Shown here: piece after piece, positions 24,691-35,230 of the stretch | How positions within the stretch are numbered: position 1 is the stretch's first letter | Layout of the letters: each line of letters starts with the position of its first letter | NCBI GenBank assembly: GCA_048013815.1 | Contig: CM106585.1 | Location: 13,454,001 to 13,518,000, forward strand | Direction of reading: 5' to 3' | From: Setoptus koraiensis | Taxonomy: Eukaryota; Animalia; Arthropoda | DNA: 64,000 bases | Program-made: the position numbers and the translations under genes | The notes under the pieces: model-generated | What the model was told of the DNA's origin: nothing | The model's input: only the letters and a program-made list of their open reading frames with translations | The model's database searches: none

Positions 24691-27600
24691 GATCGTCTGT
24701 GTCGACGATGGAGTCGCATCAGTTTGGGGCGCACTCATGCCACAGCGGGCAATGCGCGCCAATTAAGCGAGCGCCAGTGCACAGGTAACGATGACGATTA
24801 TGATAATGATAAGCGCGATAAGGGCAGATGTCCTTTGATTGATATGTATAATTTGATAATTGTCCCGCGGAGGACACGCGTTTAATTGTGGCGACTTGCA
24901 CAAGCTTGCGCACAACATACTCAAAATGTATGACTTATGTAAAACCGTGAGCAGCCGCTGTTACGGCCACAGCTGAGTCGCGACAATCTTTTGGCTCGAA
25001 TGCGGCCCGAATGTGGGCGCTGCTGGCATGCGAGCGCCATCAGATAGCCGACGGATGGGCCAGTTGGATGCAGCGCGTGCTTGGCGCGCGAATCCATCGC
25101 GCAACGAGATAGAGCAAGAAAAGAAAACTCCACCGAACTCAACTGCTCTTTTGGGCTCTTCTGGGCTCCTCTGGCCACCTCTGGCCACCTTGTTGTGCCA
25201 TTCGGCTTGTTGTGCCATTCAGCTGTTGGCAGTCCACTGTTTGTGCAGACGATTTGAGCCGGCCAACAATTGCCAGCAGCCAGCGACAATAATAATGCAA
25301 ATTAAGCGCCGATAAACACACGCTTACGCACGGCTTACGTAAGGCCACCCGAGACCAGAGCAGGCTGCTGACCAATCAACTCCGTTATTCGCAATCTTTC
25401 GCTTGTGTGACGCGCGGCGCGTCGTCGTTTTTGCAATTGGCGCCACCGACTTACAATTGACCAATGCAACCAACTTGCAATTGGCGCAACAACCAACAAA
25501 ACAGGCGACTGGCGCGACAGTTACCAGAACGCAGCAGCTTCTTTTTTGCATGTCGCTCATGCCGATCTAAATGACGCAACAGCGCATGTAGTTGCGGCCA
25601 GTTGTCGGTGTTGCCGGTCGAAGGTGAGCGTATATGTTTATCACTACGATGCTGCTCGTGGCAGCTGACTGCCGCCGCTGCCACGAGCAGCATCGTAGTG
25701 GCCGCCAGCAGCGTCGTGGTGGCCACCAGTAGCGGCATAAACGCTCTAGTTATCATTAATTCATTTATCCGCTTTTGCGCGCCCGTCTGTCACTGGTCAG
25801 GCGGCCAGCGCCCAACCTGGCCCCATGTTTATCGCTGGCCGGCGCTGCCAGTGACCAGGGGCGCCGGTTGAGCCCAACTGGCGACTGGCGCGCACTAAAC
25901 CAACTGAAACCGGCGCGGGTCCCAGAAGACGATGCCATTGTTGATTGTGTGCGAGTGTGTGTTTTTTACACACACACACACACACACACACCCGTAAGGC
26001 GGCGTAAGAAGCGCTAAAATTGGATCAAATGATGATGTGCTCTCGTTGGAGTGAAGACAAGTTTTTATTGACAAGTTGAAGACAGACGCAAAAATCATCA
26101 ATTGTTGTCGGCAATGTTTGCTTTCGTGATTATCGACGCTCTCTCTCTCTCTCTCTCTCTCTCGCCGTCGCCCATTGGGCGGCCCGTATTCAGCCCACAG
26201 CCGGCCAACAACGTTACGCAACGGCAACACCAACAACGGTCATACTACATGCAAAAATAACACCACCGTGTATAAGTTATTATTGTGATGTCAGTGTTGC
26301 CAGTGGTCAGGTGCCGCACTGACCACCGGCCGCACCGACAAGTGCAAGTTTGCTGCCGTCGGGCAGCAATTGAGCCCTTGAGCAATCGATCGTTGTGCCA
26401 GCGAAATGAAAAAGTGTTGTGTGTCCACTCTGCATACACCAATGACAATACACTGACAATTGTCAGTTTACACAATCGTTGCGCCACAATTGTACATACA
26501 TGGCGCATATAGTCGGTGCTATATGACATATAGTATATGTCAGGGGACAAGGTGTCAGTTTACACATGCATCCCTGACACACGCTCTGACATGGGCTGTA
26601 CTGTTTATCACGGTGCAAATGCATTCCAATTCCTATTGCGTCATCAGCGCCCATTATCTCACAAGGCGAGGAGGCCAGCGTGTGACGGCAACTGCCGTTG
26701 CCCGCTCTACAGCAGCGGTCAGGGCGCCAGTTGCCAGAGTAAAAAATGGGCCTGTGGTGCAAACATGGCCCACACTGTTTGTACAAGACGGCCACACTTT
26801 ATTTACATTATTGGCGTCAGTGTGACACTTGTGAGCCGAGTGGCCAGCGTCTTGTGTAAACCACTGACCGCTGCGCACACTTGACTCGATCGCTCGACAG
26901 TTCCGACGAGTCCGAGGCCGACGCAACAATCAACGCCGTCGTCATTTGCATCTCGACAACAACATCGCTCATGTTGATACAACGCCTGGCCGAGTTTTGA
27001 ACAAACCAGATCGCTTTGACTCAACAGCCCATGATCTTACCAGCCATGTGCTCACTCGATGGTGCTGGCTGACATATGTGGTGCGATCCACGTTGCCGAC
27101 ATGCGGCCAAGCGAGCATTTTAAATACTTGTGGGCCCCATGACGAACGTGACGCTGCCTGCTCGATCAATTAAAGGCGCAGATATTGAATATTTTATTAG
27201 CATAAACATAAATCGCGTCATAATCGCGCAGCACGTGCTCGGCTTACGTTTTGGCAAAGTTTAGATATTGTGTATGCTGAATAAACATGAAATTTTTTCA
27301 CTTCCATCCAACACCCGGCACACAATACATGACCCGATGATATTCAGCGTTACGCAATGCACCCCGCCTCGTCAGAATTGCGTTGCTGCGGCTGGTGCAG
27401 AGCGGGCCCAATGTAGGCAGCCGTCGTATAGTAGCCGGATGAAGCGATCAATGAGGCTCGCTCAGATTCACTCATGGCCACTAGCCGCACTAAAAATATA
27501 TTGAGCTGTGGAGTAAGCCGCACAAAACTCGGTCTGGCTGGCTTTCTCACGATCGCCACCTGCCATGCTAACTTACGTCATGGCTGCCGTGTTGAAACTA

Positions 27601-28487
27601 ACGATACATGAGGCGCTATTACTGCTGCAAGCCTGCCAACAGTCATAACGAGTTATAGACAGCAAATGGACATATCCCAAATGAGGCTCCAGCAGGGATT
27701 TGCATCGGCTCTCCCTAACGAATCATGCAATTCAGCCGACCGAACCGCTCACACGATCATATGTGGTCCACCCATCCGGCTCACATCAGAGCTACAAAAT
27801 TGTCGAGCTAGCTGTCAATTCGATTTTATATGTAATGTCACTATGAGTGATCACGGTGTGTTGTTGGTCGTGATCATCGTCAAATATCCATCAATGTGTG
27901 TGTCTCTGTGTTGCTGTTAATTAAAATCAGTCGTGCGTGCCATTCTAACCGACAATGTCATGTAAGCGCCAGATCAAGATTATGATGGATGAAATATAAA
28001 CACTGAACTAGATTCAGTGTAAGTTAGATATCTTGTCACGTCTCATAATCAATACGTACTACATGATACAGCTGTATTGAGCGATTTATTGAGTCTATCT
28101 ATCTATCTCGCAATCGTGTAATGAGCTGCCAGAAACTATTAGAACGTTTAAAAAGTCACCACTGATGCACAACTTTTTCATTCGATTAAGATGTGCTGTG
28201 GTAAAAAATGGGTAAGAAGTAATCCTACAATACCCGAATATTTATGTCGGCTTTTACGAAAATAATAATAGAGCTAGTAGTTCTCTGGACACAGTTGATT
28301 TGAAGAAAGCAAACTGATAATCAGCGCGTTTTGTTAGTCTTTGGTTTATCTTGGTTTAGGGTTCGTTGGAGACAATCTAATCAACAAGTAGCTATATCAC
28401 AGTCCGCACGCTCCTGCTGATAGTTGGTTGATAGTTACATAGATAATCACATAAGTCGACTTACTATCTATCCGAGACCAACAATTT

Positions 28488-29615
28488 TCAAATAAAACTA
28501 TCGTCGGCGCATATCCGTCTAATTTTCTTCTCTTGAAAGTATACATCTGAGTTTGTCAACTTCTTGCGGGGGGCCGACATTTTCTTCGCGACCGCCGGGA
28601 GGGCAGGGTCTACATCAGTTTTGGACGAGCCTTTCTTTGACAATTTATCCGGTTGCTTCGAAAAAAAGGCCGCTATTGATTGTTGCTTACCTGAGGAACT
28701 TTTGCCCTCGGGGCTCTCGTCATCGTCGGGCTCATTAAAGTCACAAGGTGCTGCGCTAGTCTCGAGTATCTTTGTTATGGTGGACCAACTGAATCTAACA
28801 AGAGTAGGAAAGCCAAAGATTGGATCTAATGTGCTTGTCAGGAACTTCTTCGTGACGGGATCAGCCGGGTAACCGCTGCCTCGATCGGCACCAACCAATA
28901 ACGGGTCGTTGTTCTCTATGAATGTCCATTGGTTCACAATGCGATCTCTTACAACTTTGGCACAAATACTTGCCGCGCTCACTATGGGGTATTTAGAATC
29001 TGCTTTTTGCTCTACAGTCACCTTAATCTTTGGAAACCAATCGTTGAGCTTCCTCTTGTACTTATCAGGGGGTCCAACAGTGTCTAAAAAGACATGGCTC
29101 ACGTTGACACCTAGATCAGTAACATTTTGAATTAGCTTTATTGCTGTATCATGTGATATGGCATTCAAGTTGTATTTATTCCTGCACAATGATGGGAGAA
29201 TTGTTAGATAATAGTTAGTTTTGGATGCCGGAATGACTCTAACAAATGTTACAAGAGGAATAACGTAAACTCACCTTCTTAGCATGGAGTTACTAATCAT
29301 GTTTGGTGACAAAACTACGGTAATCCAACCAAGGTTCTCACAATCAGTCGTTCCAATTTGATTGAAAAGTTTTTCCCTGTTGCTTTCAGTGACAGTCTTA
29401 GAATCGGCAAATTTCATCTTACTCAAATCGTCCTTGCTTTTCTCCAGATAATATGCTACAGAATATACCATTGGTCCTAGGACTGGTCCACGTCCGGCCT
29501 CGTCTATTCCAAGAATGCATGGTCCTGTTTTGCAGATGTCGGGCACGGAAGATTTGATGGTGTGATTGATCAGAGGATTTTCGAAAAATCGTTTAATGCC
29601 TTCATCTGCGGCCAT
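28488..29615 (-). CDS. RNASEH2A: Ribonuclease H2 subunit A; join(29275..29615, 28488..29181), 344 aa
   Basis: Motifs GIDEAGRGPVLGPMVY, DSKT, DTVG, KADSKYPIVSAASICAKVVRD, GSGYPADP and FGFPTLVRFSW. A 93-nt GTGAGT...tgcAG phase-2 intron (29182-29274) joins the two ORF-track ORFs as MLRR-NKYNLN. Confidence 0.96.
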
Positions 29616-30037
29616 GGTGATAACAAATAAATATATTAAGATGATTTTGGTTTACAATATTTTGCTCTACTCGTAGATTTGAATATTTACGACAACTATT
29701 ATTGCGAGTAATTAGTGACCGGGGGAGGCTGGGAGGAACCTCTTAGCAGGCAGGAGATAGGAGGAATACCTCCCTCATCACTGGGATTGGGTTCGAAATT
29801 GGCGGTTTTTTGACCAATAACAACAGATGATCGTTGCAAACGGACACTAATAGCAGCGGTTCCAACAATCAGTCACGGCACTGATTAAACATTCTCGACA
29901 ATAGCACTAATAATTTTATCAAAAATGTTTCTCGCTAGAATATCCATTAAACAATTGTTCTATGCAACCATTAGTCATCACCAGAATCTTTTCAAATGAA
30001 TCACCCTGAACTTTATTTATCATAGCCTAAAGAAGAT
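29616..30037. promoter_or_regulatory. Short head-to-head intergenic region, probable bidirectional promoter of RNASEH2A and VPS41
   Basis: Only 422 nt separate the two divergent start codons. Confidence 0.6.
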
Positions 30038-32731
30038 ATGTCCGGACAGAGCCCCACGGATACTAGCTCTTACAATAATGAGACCAATGAGGATCATGCA
30101 AGTGAGATTGACGATGTAGAACCAAAATTAACTTATGATAGGCTTGAGAATGATCTTCTCAACATAATACAAACGGACACTATATCTAGTTCATGTTTAC
30201 ACCAAAAGTTTTTTGCCATTGGCACCCAGCTGGGCCGAATTCATATCTTCGATCATCAAGGCAACAAGGTCGACCGACAAGAGATATGTGTACATTTGAG
30301 GGCCGTTAATTGTATCAGCATTGATCACAGAGGGGAATATTTGGTGAGCTGTAGTGATGATCGCGTAGTTGTGTTTGGTCTGTGCAATAGCGAACAAAAT
30401 TTCGTCATCATGCCGGACAAACCTGTCCATGTTGTAGCCATTGATCCAATTTTCTTCAAGTCTGGCAGCGGAAGGCGTTTTGTAACGGGCGACGATAGAG
30501 TGGTCCTATATGAACGCGGATTTTTGGCCAGGTATAAATCAACTGTTTTGCTATCTGGCGAGGGTAGGATACGCACACTAACTTGGAATAATCAATTTAT
30601 TGCTTGGGCTAGCGATTCAACTGCTAGAATTTACGATATCGAACAAAGGGCTGTTATAACATTTATTAAACGCGATTACGACACTGATCTCAACCCTGCT
30701 AAGACCCCATGCCAGTTTTGTTGGAAGGACAAAAGAACTCTTCTTATTGGATGGGGAAATACAGTGAAGGTGTGCTCCATCAAAGAACGACCCTACGACC
30801 ATTCGAGTGATTTGCAACTCAAAGACTTACCAAAGAAATATGTTGAGATCACCTCAATGTTTAACACTGATTTTAAAATTTGCGGCCTAGCTCCGTTTGA
30901 CCAATGCTTGTTAACTTTGTCCATGACTTCTGATGAACGAAAGCCACCTGCTAGCACTGGTCTGTTGTCAAACTCTATGCAAGTTGAGGAGCCTAGACCT
31001 CAGGTACAAGTGATCGAGAATCATGCTACCGACTATATCGAATTATCTAGTGATGTCTTGCACCCATATGGTTGTAACAATAGTGCCACTGTAGCTTCAA
31101 ACCAGTCGAATAAAATGCAAGACTATTTGTATAAACTCATGAGTTTACACCAGGATGGAGTCTATTTCATCGTTTGTCCGAAAGATGTAATCTCTGCCAA
31201 GTCAAGAGACGACGACGATCACATTGATTGGCTGATCAAGCATTCCAAGCTGTCCGAAGCGAGTGAAGCAGCAAAAGCTTGCAAGGGTAACCTCAAAAGA
31301 TTCACTGTAAATCAGGTACAGAAAATGTACATGCATGAACTGTTGAATAAAAAAGAAGTGTCAGCATATAAAGAGGCAGCCCAATTATGTGCAACAATCT
31401 GTGATACGGATCAAGATGCCTGGAATGAAGCCATCAGACAATTCCATGAATACGGCCAATTGAAATATCTGGCTAGTCATTTACCTAAAGATATCAACAA
31501 GTTTACTCTGCGCCACCAAAATTATGACTTCGTGCTCAAGGAATTTCTCAATGTGGATCAGATAAGTTTCTTCAAGCTAATCAAAGAATTACCCAAGCAA
31601 GTGTATTCGTTGCAGGCGTTGACCGATCAAGTAACAAGTAAACTCAATTATGATCCAAAGAATTTAATCTTGACCGAAGCTCTAGCTGAGCTATACACAA
31701 AGCTTGAAAAATTCGAATCTGCTGTTAGTATTTATCTCGATAGTAAAGATCAGAGTCAAGTTTTCTCTCTGATACGCAACAACAACTTGATTACTATTCT
31801 ACGAGATAAAGTTGACAGATTGATGCAGATAGATTCAGATGAAACTTCGCGTCTATTGGTCGAGAATGTTGATTCAATACCGACTAAAGATGTCATCAGT
31901 CGTTTAGAGAAGCAAAATTCGCAGAAATATCTCGTCTCATATCTGCACAGAATGGTTCAACGAGATTCCGACTCGTGTCAGGAATATCATGATCTTATGG
32001 TTAAGCTTTATGCTCAATATCAGCCTGAATCTCTATTGAGATTCCTTAAACTATCCAATAGCTATAAATTGGAGGAGGCCTTGGAAATTTGCCAAAATGG
32101 TAATCTTATCAAAGAAGTTGTTTTTCTATTAGGTCGTATGGGTAATTTACGGGTGGCTTTGCAATACATAACAGAATCATTGAATGATATACATGCCGCC
32201 ATTGAATTTTGCAAGGAACACCAAGACAAAGATCTCTGGCAATACCTCATAGCTTACTCAATGGATAAGCCAGACTTCATTGGAGCTTTATTAAAGAATA
32301 TAGGTACTCACATCTCAGATCCATTGGAACTTATAGACAAAATTCCGGAAGGTTGTGAAATTGAAGGATTGATGCCGGCCCTAGTTAAAATTTTACAAGA
32401 TTATCAATTACAAATATCACTAGAAAGAGGATGTCGAGACTTGTTAGAGTCAGATTGTTTTAGTTTATTACAGAAGCAGATAAAATGTCAAAGTCAAGGA
32501 ATAACAATCAACAGTGACCAAGTTTGCGATCATTGTGGCCAATTGTTATTGCAGGATGAATCAACAACTAGCAAACAAATGAGCCCACAAGTGAACGACG
32601 TGGTAGTCTTCGGGTGTCATCACATATTCCACGAAGAATGTTGCGTTGGTATGTCCTCCGAAGACACAATAGCATCCCACTCGTGCCGAGTTTGTATGGT
32701 GAATAATAATGAACAATTATTTCCCTCCTAA
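30038..32731 (+). CDS. VPS41: Vacuolar protein sorting 41 (HOPS subunit), intronless, 897 aa
   Basis: EPKLTYDRL start of the WD40 propeller, GTQLGRIHIFDHQGN, a clathrin-heavy-chain-like repeat region (YAQYQPESLLRFLK, VFLLGRMGN), and a C-terminal RING-H2-like CDHC...GCHHIFHEEC...CRVC. Confidence 0.96.
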   Translation: MSGQSPTDTSSYNNETNEDHASEIDDVEPKLTYDRLENDLLNIIQTDTISSSCLHQKFFAIGTQLGRIHIFDHQGNKVDRQEICVHLRAVNCISIDHRGEYLVSCSDDRVVVFGLCNSEQNFVIMPDKPVHVVAIDPIFFKSGSGRRFVTGDDRVVLYERGFLARYKSTVLLSGEGRIRTLTWNNQFIAWASDSTARIYDIEQRAVITFIKRDYDTDLNPAKTPCQFCWKDKRTLLIGWGNTVKVCSIKERPYDHSSDLQLKDLPKKYVEITSMFNTDFKICGLAPFDQCLLTLSMTSDERKPPASTGLLSNSMQVEEPRPQVQVIENHATDYIELSSDVLHPYGCNNSATVASNQSNKMQDYLYKLMSLHQDGVYFIVCPKDVISAKSRDDDDHIDWLIKHSKLSEASEAAKACKGNLKRFTVNQVQKMYMHELLNKKEVSAYKEAAQLCATICDTDQDAWNEAIRQFHEYGQLKYLASHLPKDINKFTLRHQNYDFVLKEFLNVDQISFFKLIKELPKQVYSLQALTDQVTSKLNYDPKNLILTEALAELYTKLEKFESAVSIYLDSKDQSQVFSLIRNNNLITILRDKVDRLMQIDSDETSRLLVENVDSIPTKDVISRLEKQNSQKYLVSYLHRMVQRDSDSCQEYHDLMVKLYAQYQPESLLRFLKLSNSYKLEEALEICQNGNLIKEVVFLLGRMGNLRVALQYITESLNDIHAAIEFCKEHQDKDLWQYLIAYSMDKPDFIGALLKNIGTHISDPLELIDKIPEGCEIEGLMPALVKILQDYQLQISLERGCRDLLESDCFSLLQKQIKCQSQGITINSDQVCDHCGQLLLQDESTTSKQMSPQVNDVVVFGCHHIFHEECCVGMSSEDTIASHSCRVCMVNNNEQLFPS

Positions 32732-32840
32732 TTGATATCGTCATTGTTGTATTGTTGTCACTGTCAGATTGGATTGTTAATATTCACCCTAATAATGTTT
32801 GTTCGAATCCATAAAAATTAGTATGATACATTTTGATTGT

Positions 32841-33437
32841 TTAAGTTACTAATGTCACTAACGATCTTGCTGATCTCAGCACGTTAGATCTTCTCCTTCC
32901 TTTATGAACTCTGTTGGTCCCACTAAAAACTTGGTCAATCACATCAGGAATGGACCACCCATTTCTTGGTTGATTCATCATCTCTTTCTCCATCTCTATT
33001 CGATAAGCCGTTTTCTCACTAGTTGGAATTCCGATTTCCGTATGTGCACCTGCTGGCTTTTGAGTACTAACTCGTCTCAGTCGATCTTCATCTCCTGAAT
33101 GCTTTGGTTTGGCTCCATCCTCGTCATGATGATATAAATTAGGTTTCTCGATGGTGGCGCTTATGCCAAGGCTATCCAATTTATCAATTATCGGCCAAAT
33201 ATCACTGACTTCAATTTTACTGCCAGAGTTATCGAAATCATCTTCTTCTGGAGACGTGTCGAGAACGCGTTCTAGATCGATAACTTTAAAATTCTGATCC
33301 CTGTGTTCTATTATCGAGCCAGGTTTTCGGTATAGTTGTCCCTCGTTCTTTCTACCAATATTCGATGGTGCATTTTGATAGCTAAGCAGAATCGATTGGA
33401 ATAATATGACCACAGCCAGGTGAAATCTTTTATACAT
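32841..33437 (-). CDS. Uncharacterised secreted protein, 198 aa from ATG 33437
   Basis: Single stop-free ORF with coding-like composition. The N-terminus MYKRFHLAVVILFQSILLS looks like a signal peptide (basic n-region, hydrophobic core). No family recognised. Confidence 0.7.
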   Translation of the reverse strand: MYKRFHLAVVILFQSILLSYQNAPSNIGRKNEGQLYRKPGSIIEHRDQNFKVIDLERVLDTSPEEDDFDNSGSKIEVSDIWPIIDKLDSLGISATIEKPNLYHHDEDGAKPKHSGDEDRLRRVSTQKPAGAHTEIGIPTSEKTAYRIEMEKEMMNQPRNGWSIPDVIDQVFSGTNRVHKGRRRSNVLRSARSLVTLVT

Positions 33438-34252
33438 TGTCAATATTTATTGGTAACTCCTGGTTGTAAACTGACGCCAGTGTCGCATGTTGCCTGCACA
33501 CATTGACAGACTTTTGTCCTTTTATGTTTGTCGACAAGGTTTCTCTCGTGACTTCTCGTATGAACATGCGCAACAATCTAACAATTGAAGGATTTCCGGT
33601 TACTTTTTGGAACTATCATGATTTAGAATTGCAATCACCATCGACCAAACTCAGTCTATTTTAATAAGGGATAGCCTCACGTGTCATTATGAAGAACTCT
33701 GACGAAAGTGGTGATGGCGAGCTTGAGAGATCGGGGAATTGCTAGGATTGGCGTTGCTGGTGTCAGGCACGAGACTGACATTTGTAACAGGAAATTCGTG
33801 GGATCAATCAACGGGATTTCGCTCATTCAACAATAGTCGTTATGAACAACTGATCAATTGAAAGATTGAGACGTTATCCGACGAAACCCATGAAATCATG
33901 GTCTCATCGATGAGCGACTGAAGCATCGATGAGCTTGTTTGATAGATGGCACGAGCTCAATAATTACTTTTTGTAGCATCTTATGCTCCAACTGATTCTC
34001 GCACAGCTTACAATATGAGTAATAGGAATGTGAAATTCAACGGTTGTAGCAAAGCACCTATCCGAATAGACATTCAACAAGCATAATATTTATTAATGGA
34101 GGGAAAAAAGAAGACAAATTCATAATCGTAAACGCAATTAATTGTACGCTGGTAATATGAATTTACAGTATTGGTCATGAAACATAATGACTCGCGTTAA
34201 TCGGGGTTATTGATTACGTGTGGCTAGATAATAAAGTTATGAATTTCAAAAT

Positions 34253-35230
34253 TCAACTCAATTTAACATCCCACGGTCTCCATGGTCTAGGCTGACGCTC
34301 TCTCAGGCGGCTATTGTCGCAAACAACCATGGATAGAGGCTGATCGTAATAGAGGTCATCGTGAGTGGTTGACGATATACAATTTTGGCCGGATAGAGCC
34401 GGCGAGACGGACGCCGATGAGGGTGGCGAGGGTGGCACTTGGCTTGGTATTGTTTTGACCGATAGAGGCATGAGTGGGCCATTGCCAGTTTGAATGAGAT
34501 AATTGTTTGATAGGTTTGTAGTTGTTGTGGTGGTTGTAGTAGTGGTGGAAGTTGTTTGTTTGGATTCATCATTGTTAGCTGGTATTCTAATCAATTGTTC
34601 GATTTGCAACGTGAGAGACACGTCACCATCATTGCTGCTGATGGTGTTTGTATAGTAATCTTGAGATTTTATATTGATATTTTGTGAACAATTCTCCATT
34701 TGTAATTTGTCACGCTGTTCATGTAAACGGCGCAAATAATCAACGGTCAGCTCTAGTATGTCGGCCTTCTCGAGCTTGTTGGGATTTCTTCGTCCCTTGT
34801 TGGCTAGGTTGTAGTTCTGTGTGTTAAAATATAGTGGATTGATGAAATGAGCACAAACAGGGTCAGCAAGAGTGATTTGCGACAACGGTTGATTTCATGT
34901 TTGGTGTAATTATTGATTGTTTGGTTGCGAAAAACTCACCTTTAGTATTGACTTTTTGTTGTTCTTCAGTTCACTTATGAGTAGCTGCTCTATGTTCTCG
35001 GTTGTGGCTATTGCTTGGCTGGTTGCGTCAGTGGTGCCAGTGGGTGTAGTAGTTTCCGTTTGTTTCAAGTTCTCGGTTGTTTCTTTCAGCACGTATGATT
35101 TCAATATTTCAAGACAAGTGTTTATTCTGGCTCGTCGTCTCTTTTCCATCAGAGGCTTCGAGGAGCGTCGGCCCGGCACCCGGGCCGGCTTGTCCTTGGC
35201 GGCGCCATTGGCCTGTCTGCACTTGATCAT
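34253..35230 (-). CDS. Hairy/Enhancer-of-split (HES) family bHLH repressor, hairy/deadpan-like; join(34940..35230, 34253..34816), 284 aa
   Basis: RRSSKPLMEKRRRARINTCLEILK (proline in the basic region), KLEKADILELTVDYL, a PLSMV CtBP-like motif and WRPW near the C-terminus. A 123-nt phase-0 intron GTGAGT...acacAG (34817-34939) lies in the HLH loop. Confidence 0.93.

Noticed and set aside
23563-27560. ORFs upstream of trh, including ERER/HTHT/CVCV-containing frames
   Set aside because: These are translations of GA and CA microsatellites and low-complexity regulatory DNA, with no coherent gene structure.
29789-29800. tRNA gene suggested by GGGTTCGAA (and GGTTCAAT at ~45780)
   Set aside because: No T-stem pairing, acceptor stem or anticodon arm can be formed.
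33682-33826. Minus-strand 49-aa ORF with a GTGAGG donor as an upstream exon of the secreted orphan
   Set aside because: An in-frame TAA just before the orphan's start blocks any coding fusion; at most it is a UTR exon or uORF.
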